Source of the DNA: Octopus vulgaris
Taxonomy: Eukaryota
Length of the DNA stretch: 64,000 nt
Reading direction: 5' to 3'
Assembly: GCA_951406725.2 (NCBI GenBank)
Contig: OX597814.1
Coordinates: 82,646,001 to 82,710,000, forward strand
Shown here piece by piece: positions 38,717-51,891 of the stretch (positions are counted from its first letter, which is position 1; every line of letters begins with the position of its first letter). A program made the translations under genes and the position numbers. The notes beneath the pieces are model-generated. The model was given only the letters and a program-made list of their open reading frames with translations. It did no database searches and was not told where the DNA came from.

Positions 38717-39140
38717 GTAAGTCAGAAACTTAACTGTAAATTTGTTTGTTGTTAAGGTTCTTCTTCCTTAGCATCAAAGATTCCACATATTGGTAAATAG
38801 TAACCAATATAAACATATAAGGTGTTTCACACAAGAATTCAGAACATCAGACATTAGTCAAGTTTTAGATTACTTACCACAGTGTTGCTAAGATAATAGA
38901 ATGAAACCTACAGATTACGGAAATTGACCTTTTCACCATTCCCTGTAGATCACTATTGCATTTATAATGAATGACTACCTTAATACATGCTGACTGTACA
39001 CTCTTAAAGTCCACTTTATGTATTTAACTCTTCTGTACCTATCACATACCTCCTAACCTTTTACTAAGCAATTTACCAAATACTTCTCTCCTTCATTTTT
39101 CTCCTCCCTGCTATAACTTACTTGTTGAAGGTCAACATAA

Positions 39141-39355
39141 CCCTTTAGCATGCAGATCATTGTATCAAATGCAATGCTTAGTTATTCACATTGTTTTTGA
39201 ATTAATCAAGCATCACTTGTAGCTTTGAGATTTCAGTGATGTAATTATTTATTGTTGACATAGTAAGGTAGGTGTGAGAGGCCATATCTGGCTGGTTTGA
39301 ACATAAAACAGGTAGAATATTTGGGCAGGATATGGTCAGTTTAAATGCTAAAGGG
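39141..39355. mobile_element. piggyBac-type MITE (second copy at 45458-45668)
   Basis: TIRs CCCTTTAGCAT / ATGCTAAAGGG. The internal sequence is shared with the 45458 copy, which ends GGG-TTAA. Confidence 0.75.
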
Positions 39356-39629
39356 TTTGCCTCTAATTAAGCATTACACTTTCAACAAGTTGTCTTTATT
39401 TACTTATTAAGTACTGCCTATAATGCCCTTGAAGACTTTTCCTCTTATCTTAGACTAACAAAAAAAAAAAAAAAAAAAACCCTGAAAAACTCTAGAACTG
39501 TGTTCCTCAAACAGCTCAGAGCCACAGATTTTAGAATTATAATTCAAATTTTTAGTAAGTCCATATTGAATATCTTGAAAAATGAGTTACTCATTTATAC
39601 ACATGATTAATTCCATAAGGGAAACAATC

Positions 39630-40545
39630 AATCATTTATTGATTGAGCTCTTCATTTCTTGAGGAACAAAGGCTATTGATGACTTGTCTACTTTCCTTGA
39701 CTATGGACTGTCTTTTCTGCTTCTCTCCAGTTGGAACTCTGCTTTTTAGATCTGCAGCCTTGCAGCTTCCTTTTGGATTCTGCAGCATTGCGTCAAATGT
39801 TTCTGTGAAGGAAGGACTTCTTCCACTAGATCTTGTTGATTTTGAATTGTCATCAATACTTCTGTAATTTTGCTTTTTGCTTAGCATGAGTGTTGGTCCT
39901 ATGCAAACCCATTTTTACCACTGGGAATATCTGGTCCATATCAGTCTGGTATAAGTCAACAAGCAGGCAGAATTGTTAGCATGCCAGAAAAGATGCTTAG
40001 TGATATTTTGCCTGTCTCTACGTTCTCAGTTCAAATTCTGCCAAGGTTGACTTTGCCTTTCATCTTTTTGGGGTTGATAAAATAGGCACCAGTTGAAAAC
40101 TGGGCTTGCTGTAATTGACTCACACTCTCCTTTGAAATTGCTGGCCTTGTGCCAAAATTTGAAATAAATATTAGTCTGGCCTAAGGCAGTCAGCTGGTAG
40201 AATCATTAAGATGTCAGGCAAGATACTTTGTGGCATTTTGTCTGTCTCTACATTCTGAGTTCAAATTCTGCTGAGGTTGTCTTAGTTTTTCCTCCTTTCA
40301 AGGTCAATAAAACAAGTACAAGGTGAGCACTGAGCTTGATTTTATCAACTTGGCCCCTCTCCCAAAATTATTGACCTTGTGTCAAAATTTGAAATCAATA
40401 TCAAATAGTCTGGCCTCTATCCTTTGGTCTGTCTAGTATGGGAGGCTCTATCAGGAGCTTGAGCTGTGCTGGCATAGCTCTCACGATCATTGAGTCACAT
40501 AAACCACCACACTGCCATAAGAACTGGACCTTGTGGGGGAACAAG
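39630..40545 (-). mobile_element. Probable 5' end of an RTE LINE, interrupted by a SINE dimer
   Basis: 40420-40540 resembles RTE 5' regions (CT.TATCAGGAGCTT...GGCATAGCTCTC...CACCAC..CCATAAG). A basic N-terminal ORF lies at 39636-39887. Confidence 0.4.
39958..40400 (+). mobile_element. Head-to-tail dimer of SINE family B
   Basis: Two copies (39958-40170 and 40185-40400) separated and flanked by AGTCTGG-containing direct repeats. Confidence 0.85.
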
Positions 40546-40914
40546 GTAAACAATAGTCCTCTACTTTTTTTTTTATATAAATGTTAAAGTTAAGATGCAA
40601 AGTGCACCAATAGTTCTTTTATTTGATACCTTCTGCACAACAAAGTCAAGATTACTGGGAAATACTGGTTTAGATTTTAGTGACAACATTTATGGGGACC
40701 CAACGAGGGAGACACTACATAGTAGTATGACACAAGAGGAATAACAGCCAAGTCTCCTTTCAGTTGCATTCTACTGTCTTAAAAGAATTGGGAGGACACA
40801 CTGGAAATGGTAGTCTGTAGATTGACTGTGTCTGAAACAAAGAAATTTAATGGTCAAAGCTGAAATGGCTTTCTTCTTAGGTCTGTTCAATTAGGGCTGA
40901 CCTAGGTCAATTGA

Positions 40915-41002
40915 CAGTAACAACAACAACAACAACAACAACAGCTGCTGCTACTACTACTGCTACTGCTGCTACTTCTACTACTACTACTGTTACTATA
41001 CA

Positions 41003-41079
<77 letters not shown>

Positions 41080-41300
41080 AGTTATAAGGGGAATGCATAT
41101 TACCTAATGACCATAATTATCAATGATGATCGTCTTCCTAACCAGTGCAGTCATTATCATCATCCTCATTGCATTTGTCATGCTCCTCTTCCTCTGTCTT
41201 CTTCTCCTCCACATCATCATCATTGTCCTCATTGTGATGACCACTGCTGTTGGTGCTGCTGTCACTACATCCCCCCCTATCATCACCATCATCATTCATC
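40915..41300. repeat. (AAC)n/(CTA)n microsatellites and a degenerate (CAT)n tract
   Basis: Directly visible. Confidence 0.9.
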
Positions 41301-41694
41301 TACACTCTCTTCGTTTCCATCTCATACCAAATGCAATGTCTCCAGCTCATTGAACTTCTTCCATCTTTGCTGTATTGATTAAATGCCATTTCTATTATTC
41401 TCAATTCCATGATGATACTCTATCTTTGATAATTAAAAAGCAAATATGCCACCATTATTCATCAAAAGAGTCTATGATGATTATTTCTATGAATATACTA
41501 CATAATGAATGTTCTTAATTTTACAGTTGTTTATATTTTTAAAATTATGAATGTCACAACATCAATTCAGTAAAAATATCATTTTAATTAAATGCAAATA
41601 TTAAGTCAAAAAGCAAAAGTAAAAAAAACCCAACCCAATATATAAATATGTATTTTGTTTCCTAACATCAATTTTGATATACTTTTTACTTCAA

Positions 41695-41700
41695 TGTATA

Positions 41701-41731
<31 letters not shown>

Positions 41732-41854
41732 GCACTCATATACATGGAAACATACTTATATACATACATATATACTTATATATATATAATATACCCATAC
41801 GTACATATATACTTATTTATGTATATATACATACAAATATATATATACATACAA

Positions 41855-41895
<41 letters not shown>

Positions 41896-41914
41896 CCATA
41901 TATATATATGATAA

Positions 41915-41952
<38 letters not shown>

Positions 41953-42305
41953 ACATTTATATATACTTATATGTATATATATATACATATATATACATCT
42001 ATCTATCTATATATGTATATGTGTATATGCATGCACACACATATACATACATATATATATTCATATAGATGTGTGTATGGATGTATACATGTGTTTGTCT
42101 GTGTGCATGCATATATATATATATATATATGTATATACATGCACACACACACACACGTATATACATATATATATATGAATACATATACATACATACATGC
42201 ATATATATATATGCCTGTATATATGTGTGTATATGCATGTGTATATGCATGTGTATATGTGTGAGTTTATGTACATATATGCACATATATAGAAAAACAC
42301 ACACA
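41695..42305. repeat. Compound (TA)/(CA)/(TG) microsatellite field
   Basis: Directly visible; it explains the overlapping YIYI-type ORFs. Confidence 0.95.
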
Positions 42306-42882
42306 TAATGATTATTATTATTGTTGTTGTTGTTGTTGTCTTTTATTCACTCATCATAGAGTTAATTTCATATGCTTCAAGCAGCCATATATAATTGCCA
42401 CATTACTTCTGTACCAGGATATCTTTCTTTTATTTATACTTCACGTTATCATTGCAGCTTGAAAACCACCTACAGATATTTGTATTAAAATACATACATA
42501 TGCACATATTCTCTTCACCAAATGTGTTTTTTTAAAGTTTTATCTACATATATTTATATATGTTCACAAGTTCATTTACATATGTAACCACAAATGTATA
42601 TGTGTAAATGTTTATGCGATATGCAATGCAATCTGAAGCATGATATAAACAACATACTGAAACAATAAATACAGTATTATGTGTATTCCACTGTACTTAC
42701 ATGAAGTTTATATGCTTCCATATACACACTTAATCATATGTGTGTGTGTGTGTGTGTGTATGTGTGTGTGTGAGTGTGTGCATGTGTCTGTGTGTATGTG
42801 TGTGTTTATATATATATATGTGTGTGTGTGTATATATATATACATATATATAAACATATATACATATACATATATTTATATG

Positions 42883-42922
42883 ATTGTCTGATGAATGGGA
42901 ACATGAAACTCTGAGTGACAGT
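42883..42922 (+). ncRNA. Minimal type-I hammerhead ribozyme motif with intact core and G at the cleavage position
   Basis: attgt-CTGATGA-atg-ggaa-cat-GAAA-ctc-t-gagT-G-acagt. All three stems pair, and AATAAA lies ~25 nt downstream. Confidence 0.7.
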
Positions 42923-43434
42923 TTTTGTGATATTTTTGCTGCTTTTTAATAAAGTATATATATATGTCATTTTTTTTCTCCTCTCCTTATTTCTTCTGTC
43001 CCTCTGCCTCTATCTCTCTCTCATCTCTCTCCACATGATTGGTGTTTGGCCAAGCCTGACCTTTCTTTCTTGTTTTGTCCGCCATCCCTGCAACATCTAT
43101 ATTCCTCCCTGTGCCTGTGAAATCTTGTATCTCTGCTGTAAGGCTTTACTTCCACACGCGCCAGCTTAATCTAATTTGTCCTTAGTCGAAAGACACCTGT
43201 TGTTATGTCCTGTTATTTGTTTTTGTGTAACATTCTTCGTTTTTTTCCTCCCTTGTTTGCATATATATTTGCTGCTATCTTCCAAGGAATCTAATGCTCT
43301 TAGCTTAGTTTTTCCTCGGGGCTGGCCAGATTGGAGCAATCTCGAGTATAACTAGCTGAAATTGCAAAGATAATCTGGAACTCGACTGAGGAAATAAAAC
43401 TCTGAATGACCCGTGTTAAAAATATAAAAATATA

Positions 43435-43985
43435 AAACAACCACTCCGAGAGTGTAGTGGGTGCTTTTACGTGGCAGTGGCATGAGGGCCAGTCAAGCAG
43501 TACTGGCAACGGCCATGCCCAAATGGTGTTTTTTTTATGTGCCACTTGCACACCAGCACAAGTGCTAGTAAGGCGACGCTGGTAACGATCATGCTTGAAT
43601 GGTGCTTTTTACGTGCTACCAGCACAGATGCCAATTAGCCGCTCTGGCAACGATCACACTCGGATGCTGCTCTTAGTGCTCCACTAGCATGGATGCCAGT
43701 CATCAAATTTGATTTCGATTTCACTTGCCTCAACAGGTCTTCACAAGCAGTGTCCAATGAAGGGAAGGTATGCATAAGTGGGCTGGTTACACCCCTGGCA
43801 TAGGCCACAAGGTTATGGTCTAATTTGGCTTGCCAGGTCTTCTTAAGCACATCATATTTCCAAAAGTCTTGGTCACTAGTCATTGCCTCGGTGAGGCCTA
43901 ATGTTCGAAGGTCGTGCTTCACCGCTTCATCCCAGGTCTTCCTGGGTCTACCTCTTCTACAGGTTCCCTCAACCACTAGGGTGTG
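43435..43985 (-). mobile_element. RTE LINE 3' fragment
   Basis: VEGTCRRGRPRKTWDEAVKHDLRTLGLTEAMTSD followed by the 3' UTR. Confidence 0.9.
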
Positions 43986-44376
43986 ATATGCAAGACTATA
44001 TGTGTGCATGTGTGTTTTTTGAGTCTATATATGTAAATATATATATATACTTCCATGTGCATACATATATAATTTGAAATTTGTTTTACTCATCCCCAGC
44101 TCTACTGAAATAGATGACATCCGAATTTAAAGTATTTCCTTACAACTTTAATATTATATATGCATTTTGTGATGCACTTCAATTAACATAAAATATTTTT
44201 CTATAGAATTGTATTTCATCGTAGATCAGCCCCTTCACTTTTCAATGAGCATACTTTTAGTTCCTGCATTAGATATTCTACCTCTTGCTGTTGCAACTCT
44301 TCCTTCTCCTGATTGCCAGTTTCATATCCATTTTCTTTCATGCTCTGTGAGGATATTATGTCATCATTTTTTATTT

Positions 44377-44377
<1 letters not shown>

Positions 44378-44425
<48 letters not shown>

Positions 44426-44433
44426 ACATCAAC

Positions 44434-44507
<74 letters not shown>

Positions 44508-44640
44508 TATCATCATCATCATCATCATTATCAACATCATCATCATCATCATTGTTGTCAATGTCAGTGCTATCATCATTATTACCATCATCAATGTTAT
44601 CATCTATGCTTGTCATCATTATTATCATCATCTTCCTCAA
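44378..44640. repeat. (CAT)n microsatellite
   Basis: Directly visible; source of the poly-H/I/M/D ORFs. Confidence 0.95.
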
Positions 44641-44849
44641 CATTCTTGTTAACATTTAAAAAGTGATGCTCCAGCATAGCCACAGTCAAATGACTGAAAC
44701 AAGTAAAAGAATAAAAGAATTGTTGCAATCATTGTCTTCAGTATTATTATCATCATTGTGATAACCATCAGTATCATTATTGTTATCATCATCATCATCA
44801 CCACCATTAACAATATTATCAACTACAAAATTATAGTCATGGTAGATAC

Positions 44850-45075
44850 TGGTGTCATGCAAATGGCACTTGTGCTGGTGGCATGTAAAAGCACCCATTA
44901 CATTCTTGGAGTGGTTGGCATTGGGAAGGGCATCCAGTCATAAAAAACCATGCCAAATCAGACTGGAGTCTGGTCCTGCCCCTCAGCTTACCAGCCCTGG
45001 TCAAACCGTCCAACCCATGCCAGTATTGATAACGGACAGTAAATGATGACGATGACGATGGTGATGATGACGATG
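44850..45075 (+). mobile_element. RTE LINE extreme 3' tail
   Basis: GGCATGTAAAAGCACCCA...GGAAGGGCATCCAG...CCAACCCATGCCAG followed by (GAT/GAC)n. Confidence 0.8.
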
Positions 45076-46279
45076 TGAAAACTGTGCTCTTAGATTCTAC
45101 ATATTTTTAAATTGCTCCCAATACAGATGTAATCTTTTTTTTTCTTGGTTTGCATATGACATCTTACATTGGAACATTTTACCTAGCAATTATAAATTTT
45201 GAATATCACAACAAAAGTATTTGGCTTTGATGCTAATAAATACTTAACTGCAGGAGTGATGTATTTTAGATGTTGTCTTTAACTATAATTGTTAATGTTG
45301 GTTATTTTGGTTATCCTTTTTAATCATTCATAGCTGAAAACGAAGCCCTGATACAGACAATCAGGTTTATGTATATCCTGTTTAGGCTTTTTAAATCTTG
45401 CATTTTTATTTTTCATTGTGTTGTAAGATAGTCTTCAGGGAAATTTTTGTGTTCAGCCCTTTAACATTCAGATTATTCAGTCAAATATAAGGCTTGCATG
45501 TTCACATTATTTTGAATTAATCATGCATTATATCGTAGCTTTGAGATTTCAATGATTTGATTGTTTATTTTTTAGAAAGACATTGTAGGATAGGCCAGAC
45601 CTAGCTGAGGTGATAATAAAGCAGGGTGAATATTTGGGCTGGATGTGGTTGGTTTAAATGCTGAAGGGTTAAAACCTGGAATATTTATTCTATTAATCTT
45701 TGCCAAATAATTAAGTTTTGGGTATATAAACAAACCAACATTGGTTGTCATGTGGTGGGGTGGTGGAGATAAACAGACACACACACACATACACACACAT
45801 AAGATCAAAATATGTAACATGATTTCAAGTAGTAATGTATTATGACCATTTCAAGTGGCTCCATTTAATTGAACAATGCAATCATTACATCAGTTTTAAA
45901 TACAGTCCTATCTTCAGCTGCACAGATATGGAATTTCAACAGACAAGATACATTAATATAATTTTTCTTAAATATTTTAACAGAGCAAAAGGATGGGAGA
46001 AATTTATGTTGTGGCTATTGTTGCAGGAATAGCTAAGAGAGCAGACTACAATATATTTATAGAGTGGCATATGACACAGTGGGTGTCATAAGTTTATAAT
46101 TCATTTCCAGTTTGGGAATGAATTATAACCCTATGACCCCCACTGTATTCCATGCCACTTTATAAATAAAGAAAGTCCAAAAGTGGGAAGGGCAGAAAGG
46201 ACTGATAAAAAAAATTCAGGTGCCTCCATGGCAGGTATACTATGTGAACAACTTGAATTATCAATATTATCCTGTCAGT

Positions 46280-46722
46280 AAGGTGGCAAGCTGGCAGAAA
46301 TGTTAGCACACCAGGCGAAATGCTTAGTGATATTTTTCGTCTGTCTTTACATTCTGAGTTCAAATTCCATTGAGATTGACTTTGCCTTTCATCCTTTCAG
46401 GGTCGATAAACTAAGTACCAATTGCGTACTGGGGTTGATCTAATCGACTGGCCTCCTCCCCCCCAAAATTTCGGGCCTTGTGCCTAGAGTAGAATAGTAT
46501 ATTATCTTGTCAGTGTAAGGTGGTACGATGGCAGAATAGTTAGTGCACTAAACAAAATACTTAGCCACATTTTGTCTGTCTTTATGTTCTGAGTTCAAAT
46601 TCTGCTGAGGTTCACTTTACCTTTCATTCTTTTTAGGGTTGATAAAATAAGTAGTAGTTGAGCACTGGGGTCAATGTATTCAACTTACTCCCTCCCTGAA
46701 CTTGTGTCAAAATTTGAAATAA
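46280..46722 (+). mobile_element. Head-to-tail dimer of SINE family B
   Basis: Copies at 46280-46497 and 46517-46722; TATTATC(C/T)TGTCA occurs three times. Confidence 0.9.
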
Positions 46723-47372
46723 TTATTATCCTGTCAATTAGGATGCATTTTAATTAATTTCATTTCATTTTTGGAATGTAAGTGGATACAAAATATTCAG
46801 ATGGTATGATGCATTTTCAAAGATGAAAGATACCATCAAACCCAGAAGCATTTGTCTAGAATGCATTATCAAATGAATAGTGGATGGCAGAATTGGTAGA
46901 TGGTCAAACAAAATGCCTTATGATATGCGGTTACATCTATGACTTTTTGTTTTCCTTGTGTCAATAAAATATTTATGGTGCTCCTTAGTGGACATTTATT
47001 ACAGAGAAGATAATCATTTCTTCTTGATATTTGGCAGGATTAGAAATTTGAATTTGAAATTAAGGAATAAGGAAGAGACACCTAGAATACAAATATTTAA
47101 TTCTTTTCTTTGTTGCTCACTTATTACAAAGTTCTTTGAGTAAATTGACTCACATCTTTCTTAAAATTTGTTACCTTTCTCCAATGATAGCAATTGTTAT
47201 GATTACTGTTGTCTTGACCTTACCTTGCCTTGGGTCCTCAACTCCTGATGAAATTGTATGGGTCATGAGACATACAGTATGCTTTGGGTATTTTAGAGTT
47301 AGCAGAACCCCATCATTTTCCAGGCTAGACTACAGCTGATTTCTTCCAAAAAGAGATATTGAGATAAAAAAA

Positions 47373-47470
<98 letters not shown>

Positions 47471-47789
47471 ACTCCAATATGGGACTGGTGTTTTCTTTTA
47501 TTGACCTCAAAAGGTGTAAGGTTAAGTCAACCACAATAGTATTTGAAAATTCAGAATGCAGAGAACTGGAACCTGATATTCTAATGACTTGGCTAATTCA
47601 GCACCGTCTAAATGCTATTATAGATGGGAGAATAACAGAAGAGGTGATACCTCATTAAATGCCTTGTGTGATGTAGTTACACTTATTTATGTTCTGAATA
47701 CACATTCTGCTAAATTTAAGTGAGGTTTTTAACCTCCACCTTTCGATGAAAGAAGCACCAGTTTTATATTGGTATTGATTCACAAGATT

Positions 47790-48105
47790 GGAGGCACAAT
47801 GGCCCAGTGGTTAAGGCAGTGGACTCACAGTTGGAGGATTGCGGTTTCAATTCCCAGACCGAGCATTGTGTGTGTTTATTGAGTGAAAACACCTAAAGCT
47901 CCACAAGGCTCCAGCAGGGGGTGGTGGCGACCCCTGTTTTACTCTTTCGCCTCAACTTTCTCTCATTCTTTCTTCCTGTTTCTTGAGTAATGCTGTGATG
48001 GATTGGCGTCCTGTCCAACTGGGTGGGGGGAACACATACGCCATAGAAACCAGGAAACGGGCCCATCAGCCTGGCTAGGCTTGAAAAGGGTGCAAAAAAA
48101 AAAAC
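47790..48105 (+). mobile_element. tRNA-derived SINE (family E) with poly(A) and 13-bp TSD
   Basis: A box TGGCCCAGTGG, B box GGTTTCAATTCC, internal GATGGA.TGGCGTCCTGTCCA block. TSD GATTCACAAGATT at 47777 and 48106. Confidence 0.9.
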
Positions 48106-48422
48106 GATTCACAAGATTATGATTGCAAAATTGTTACTGCAACAACAAAAAAATGCTTAGCAGCATTTCTTCTAACTCTTTATATTTTGTGTTCAAATTC
48201 CACCATGGTCAACTTTACCCTCCATTTTTTTTTGGAAGTATCACTCAAGTATTGGGCTGATTTAATCAACTTGCTCTCTTCTCCTCAAACTGCTGGCCTT
48301 GTGCCAAAATTAGAAAGGATTATGTGTTTATTTTACAAATTTGGATGCTAGAAATCTGTGCAGTCTAATTGCCAAAAAGAGAACTTTGTGTTTGTGTATG
48401 ATATATTCCTGAAATAAAATGC

Positions 48423-48760
48423 TAGTGGTTCTCAACTGGGGTTCATATGACCCCAGTGGGTCCAAATAAGATTTCTAGGGGTTATGCAAGCAAAAATAAT
48501 AAATTAGGGATCCACAGTAGTATTTTAAGGGTCTATGAAAAATTTTGCTTTAGATGCTTTTGTTGTAAGAAGCGGTCAGGTTTCTTTCTCAAACATTGTC
48601 ATAGTTCAATCTACACAAGCTAATGCGTGAAAAACAAAATAGGAACTTTGAAAGAGATATCTATAAAACTAGTTTTTAAACACTGAATAGCTATAGGGGT
48701 CCACCAGAATGAAATAGTAATAAAAGGGGTCCATAGGTAAAAAATAGTCGAGAACCACTG
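48423..48760. mobile_element. hAT (Charlie-like) MITE
   Basis: TIRs TAGTGGTTCTCAACT / AGTCGAGAACCACTG with subterminal GGGGTCCA repeats. Confidence 0.75.
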
Positions 48761-49399
48761 AAGCTAATGTAATTCCTAGGTCTTCTTATAACAAGAGTTA
48801 GCAGCCTCATTAGATTGAAATGCAGTAATCCAATTTTATTGTCTGACATGGTTACTTTAAGATATTTCTATAAGCTTCGTCTTTGGCAGACTCACAATGC
48901 TGTTAACTTATTAAAACTCTAATGTAACCATTACTGAATACATTTGATTTGTGTCTGCATTTCATGATTACTTCTGATTTTGAAAACTTGCAAATGATTT
49001 TAAAAGTTTTGAAACAAAGGGAAACATTTACTTCAAATTATATATTTTTTATTTGTTTCATTGTGTGTAACTACAATTTATATAAATAAATTTGTTCTGA
49101 AACTGATACTGTATATTATTAAGGTTTTACAATACAAACAGCTATCTTTGCTTTGTTGTTCTTTCAAGTTATTTGTGTATAATTTCTGTGCTTCTAGAAA
49201 TATTTCTCTTTGTAAATTTCTACTTATAAAGCTTTTTCAAACATCAAATTGACATCTGTTTCTTGAAGGGGAAGGCTATGAATTTGTTTTTTCTCCCCCC
49301 TTTTTTTATTTAGTACAATGCTTACAACCTAAATAGCATACTTCAGCACACACTGATTTTGCATTAATTAAAAAGGAGTCCCTCCTGCAGCATGGTTAA

Positions 49400-50277
49400 T
49401 AGGGAGGGAGGTAGCAAGTGGGGGGAGTAGTCTGCTCTGGGTGACCCTTTTTATGAGGCAGCACTTTTGGGTCTACTGTATAAGCTTAGATTTGCAGGTC
49501 CTGAAGTGAGTGGGGCAACACAAGGGCTGCTCTGGCCAGCACACACCCTAGCTATGCCGCTGGTCCGCTCCTCTCTTCACTGGATGGCAACTACAATGGA
49601 TACACTGTTACCAATACATTTTTCTATGGGATTTAATGATAAATCTGTATGTTTTAAGATTATGCCACATAACAAGACAAAATAGGGACCAAATTTACTT
49701 TTCTAGTTGACTGGAAAATATTTTACACTGCTATTGTAATGCTTGAAGTGAAATTTATTCTAAATGAATCATGTAAAAAATAAAAAAACAAAACAGCCAC
49801 ATTTTACATGTGTCTTGAAGAAAGTTTAACAGATTATATATTTACCATCTGGAATTCTGAAGATGGAAAGTCCAGTGGCATGTTTAAAATTTCTGACATT
49901 TCAATTCACTATGTTTTCTATCTGCTGGGACCCAGGGGAGACATCAGTATCTGGGCTATGAACTTGAAATGTGTGGTGAAACAAATAAAGAAGACACAAG
50001 ATTTTTCTGCATTGAGAATGTAGTACAAAGCACTAGAGTAGCTGGAGGAGGCGGTCTACCCTGGGCGGCACCATTTTTGTGTCTGCTGTACGTTATAGGC
50101 CTGTATAGGCTGTACTGAAATTAAATATAGTGGTTTTAATGTCAGAACACGGACACTACTCACCATTAAATACAACAATTGATATAGTTATTTTGCAATA
50201 TGTATTTTTTGTGGGGGCCTGGGAGCTGCAAACTGAAGGACTGACTCAGGGGGCACACACTCTAGCTATACCACTGG
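49400..50277. mobile_element. Two related short hAT-like MITEs (49400-49562 and 50030-50277)
   Basis: Shared GTCT.C.CTGGG...TTT.G.GTCT.CTGTA interior and CACAC.CTAGCTAT.CC.CTGG right end. Confidence 0.55.
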
Positions 50278-50319
50278 TAAACAGTTAACAAAAATAAAGG
50301 AAATTGTAATTTAAGCCAT

Positions 50320-50830
50320 TACTTGCTTACACAGTCTCTTTGCTCCCTATGAGGCATAGGCTAGCAATGACTCTTCTCCACTGCTCTTGACTCTGGGCTA
50401 TCATTTCAACGTCCCTCCAGTTGGTTACATGTGTTTTCAGCTCTGCCTCAATGTCCTGCCTTTCACTATTTTTAGAACATTCTATTTTCTGCTTCCCCTG
50501 TAGGTATATATCTTTGTGAGGGAAGGCCTGCCTTTCCCAGGTTCTGTTGGTTTTGAATTATTATAAATGCTTCTGTAACTGTAGGAATGTTGGCCATAAG
50601 CAAACACGTTTTTACCTCTGGGAAGATGTGGTCTATATTTCTCTGGTTTCTATCCTTTGATTTTCCCAGTATAGGGGGGTGGGTGCTTACCAAGAGCTTG
50701 CACTCTGCTGGCATAATTCTCAGGATCATTCAGGTATGCAATCCACTATACCACAGCGAGGAATGGGCCTTGTGGATGATAAGCTATTAGGTTCTGTCAA
50801 TTGCATGTTGTTCCAAAAGATTCTGCCATT
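50320..50830 (-). pseudogene. RTE LINE remnant (3' end joined to an endonuclease fragment)
   Basis: EAELK....NWRDVEMIAQ..EQWR C-terminus and an NIDHI endonuclease motif. Confidence 0.55.
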
Positions 50831-51179
50831 TTCCATTTGTTTGCTATACCCTCTAAAGAAAAATTTCAGTTTAATAGTTTAATATCATAGACTCTTTTAG
50901 CCAGCAAAATGTAGCATTCATTAATGAGCATCATGCAGGAAAAAATATACTATGTGCATGAATATTACTGAAATGAAATATAATCAATTAAAACTTCTGA
51001 TTGGTTTTGAGAATGGATGTATTACTCTGTGGGAATTTCAAGACCATTTAGAGCATAAATATGCTGTTGGAGGGTTACGTCTTTTCATCCTAGGATAAAG
51101 CAAGAGCAATTATCTTTACAATAAATGTATCTGGCTTTACATCAAGCAAAGCTGGCATCAACCATGAGTGAAGATGGTG

Positions 51180-51410
51180 TCTGCAAGTGAAAGTAACTTC
51201 TATGACAAATGCAACTTGCTTTTATGACAGGTGCAATAAGCTTCTCTGACAAGCATGGCCTATAATACTCCATAACTGACTTCTGCAACTGCAGCTTACT
51301 TCTACAAATGCATCTGTCTTCTACAAGTGTGGCTAGCTTCTACAATAATTGTAGTCAACATATACAAAAGCAGCTGACTTCTTTGACAAATGCAGTTGAC
51401 TTCTGTGGTG
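51180..51410. repeat. Diverged ~19-22-bp minisatellite
   Basis: About ten ACAAATGCAGCTGACTTCT-like units. Confidence 0.65.
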
Positions 51411-51891
51411 AGCACACCTTACACCATTCCTAATAAGGAAAGATTTGACATATTTTCTTAGTCATATCATCCAGCCCACTGGTCACATGAGCTATGCTAT
51501 TTAATGAAACTATGAATTTGATGAAGGACCTGAACTAGGCAGTTAAGTAGGGTAATTGAATAAGAATATGCAGAACTCATTACAATCCTGACTCTCTTGC
51601 AGCAATAAATAACCTTTTGATATTATACAATAGAAATGTGAAGTCAGGTTCAACAAAGAGCTGGAAAGCACTGGAAAGGCTGAACTTCTAAAAGGTTGGT
51701 GAATCTTACATACGCAAGCATGAAAATGTCATTGAGTGATATAAGTGATATATCTTAGTCCCATGCTTGACTAATATTTTATTTTATCAACTCTGAGATT
51801 ATGGAATGTTAAGTGACTCCTGCAAGATTTGAGAACAAAATGTAAGAATTGATTACTAATGTAAGAATTGATTGCTAATATCTTTTACCTT

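Noticed and set aside
39636-39887. 83-aa ORF as a host exon
   Set aside because: It is colinear with an RTE-like 5' region and has no recognisable domain or clear splice sites.
41674-42308. Long overlapping YIYI/CVCV/HTHT ORFs (also 10820-12108 and 61216-61985)
   Set aside because: Dinucleotide microsatellites lack stop codons in several frames; they are not genes.
44209-44666. Poly-His/Ile/Met/Asp ORFs and an adjacent acidic reading (MKENGYETGNQEKEELQQQEVEYL, minus strand)
   Set aside because: These are translations of a (CAT)n microsatellite and its decayed flank. Stops intervene and splice signals are weak.
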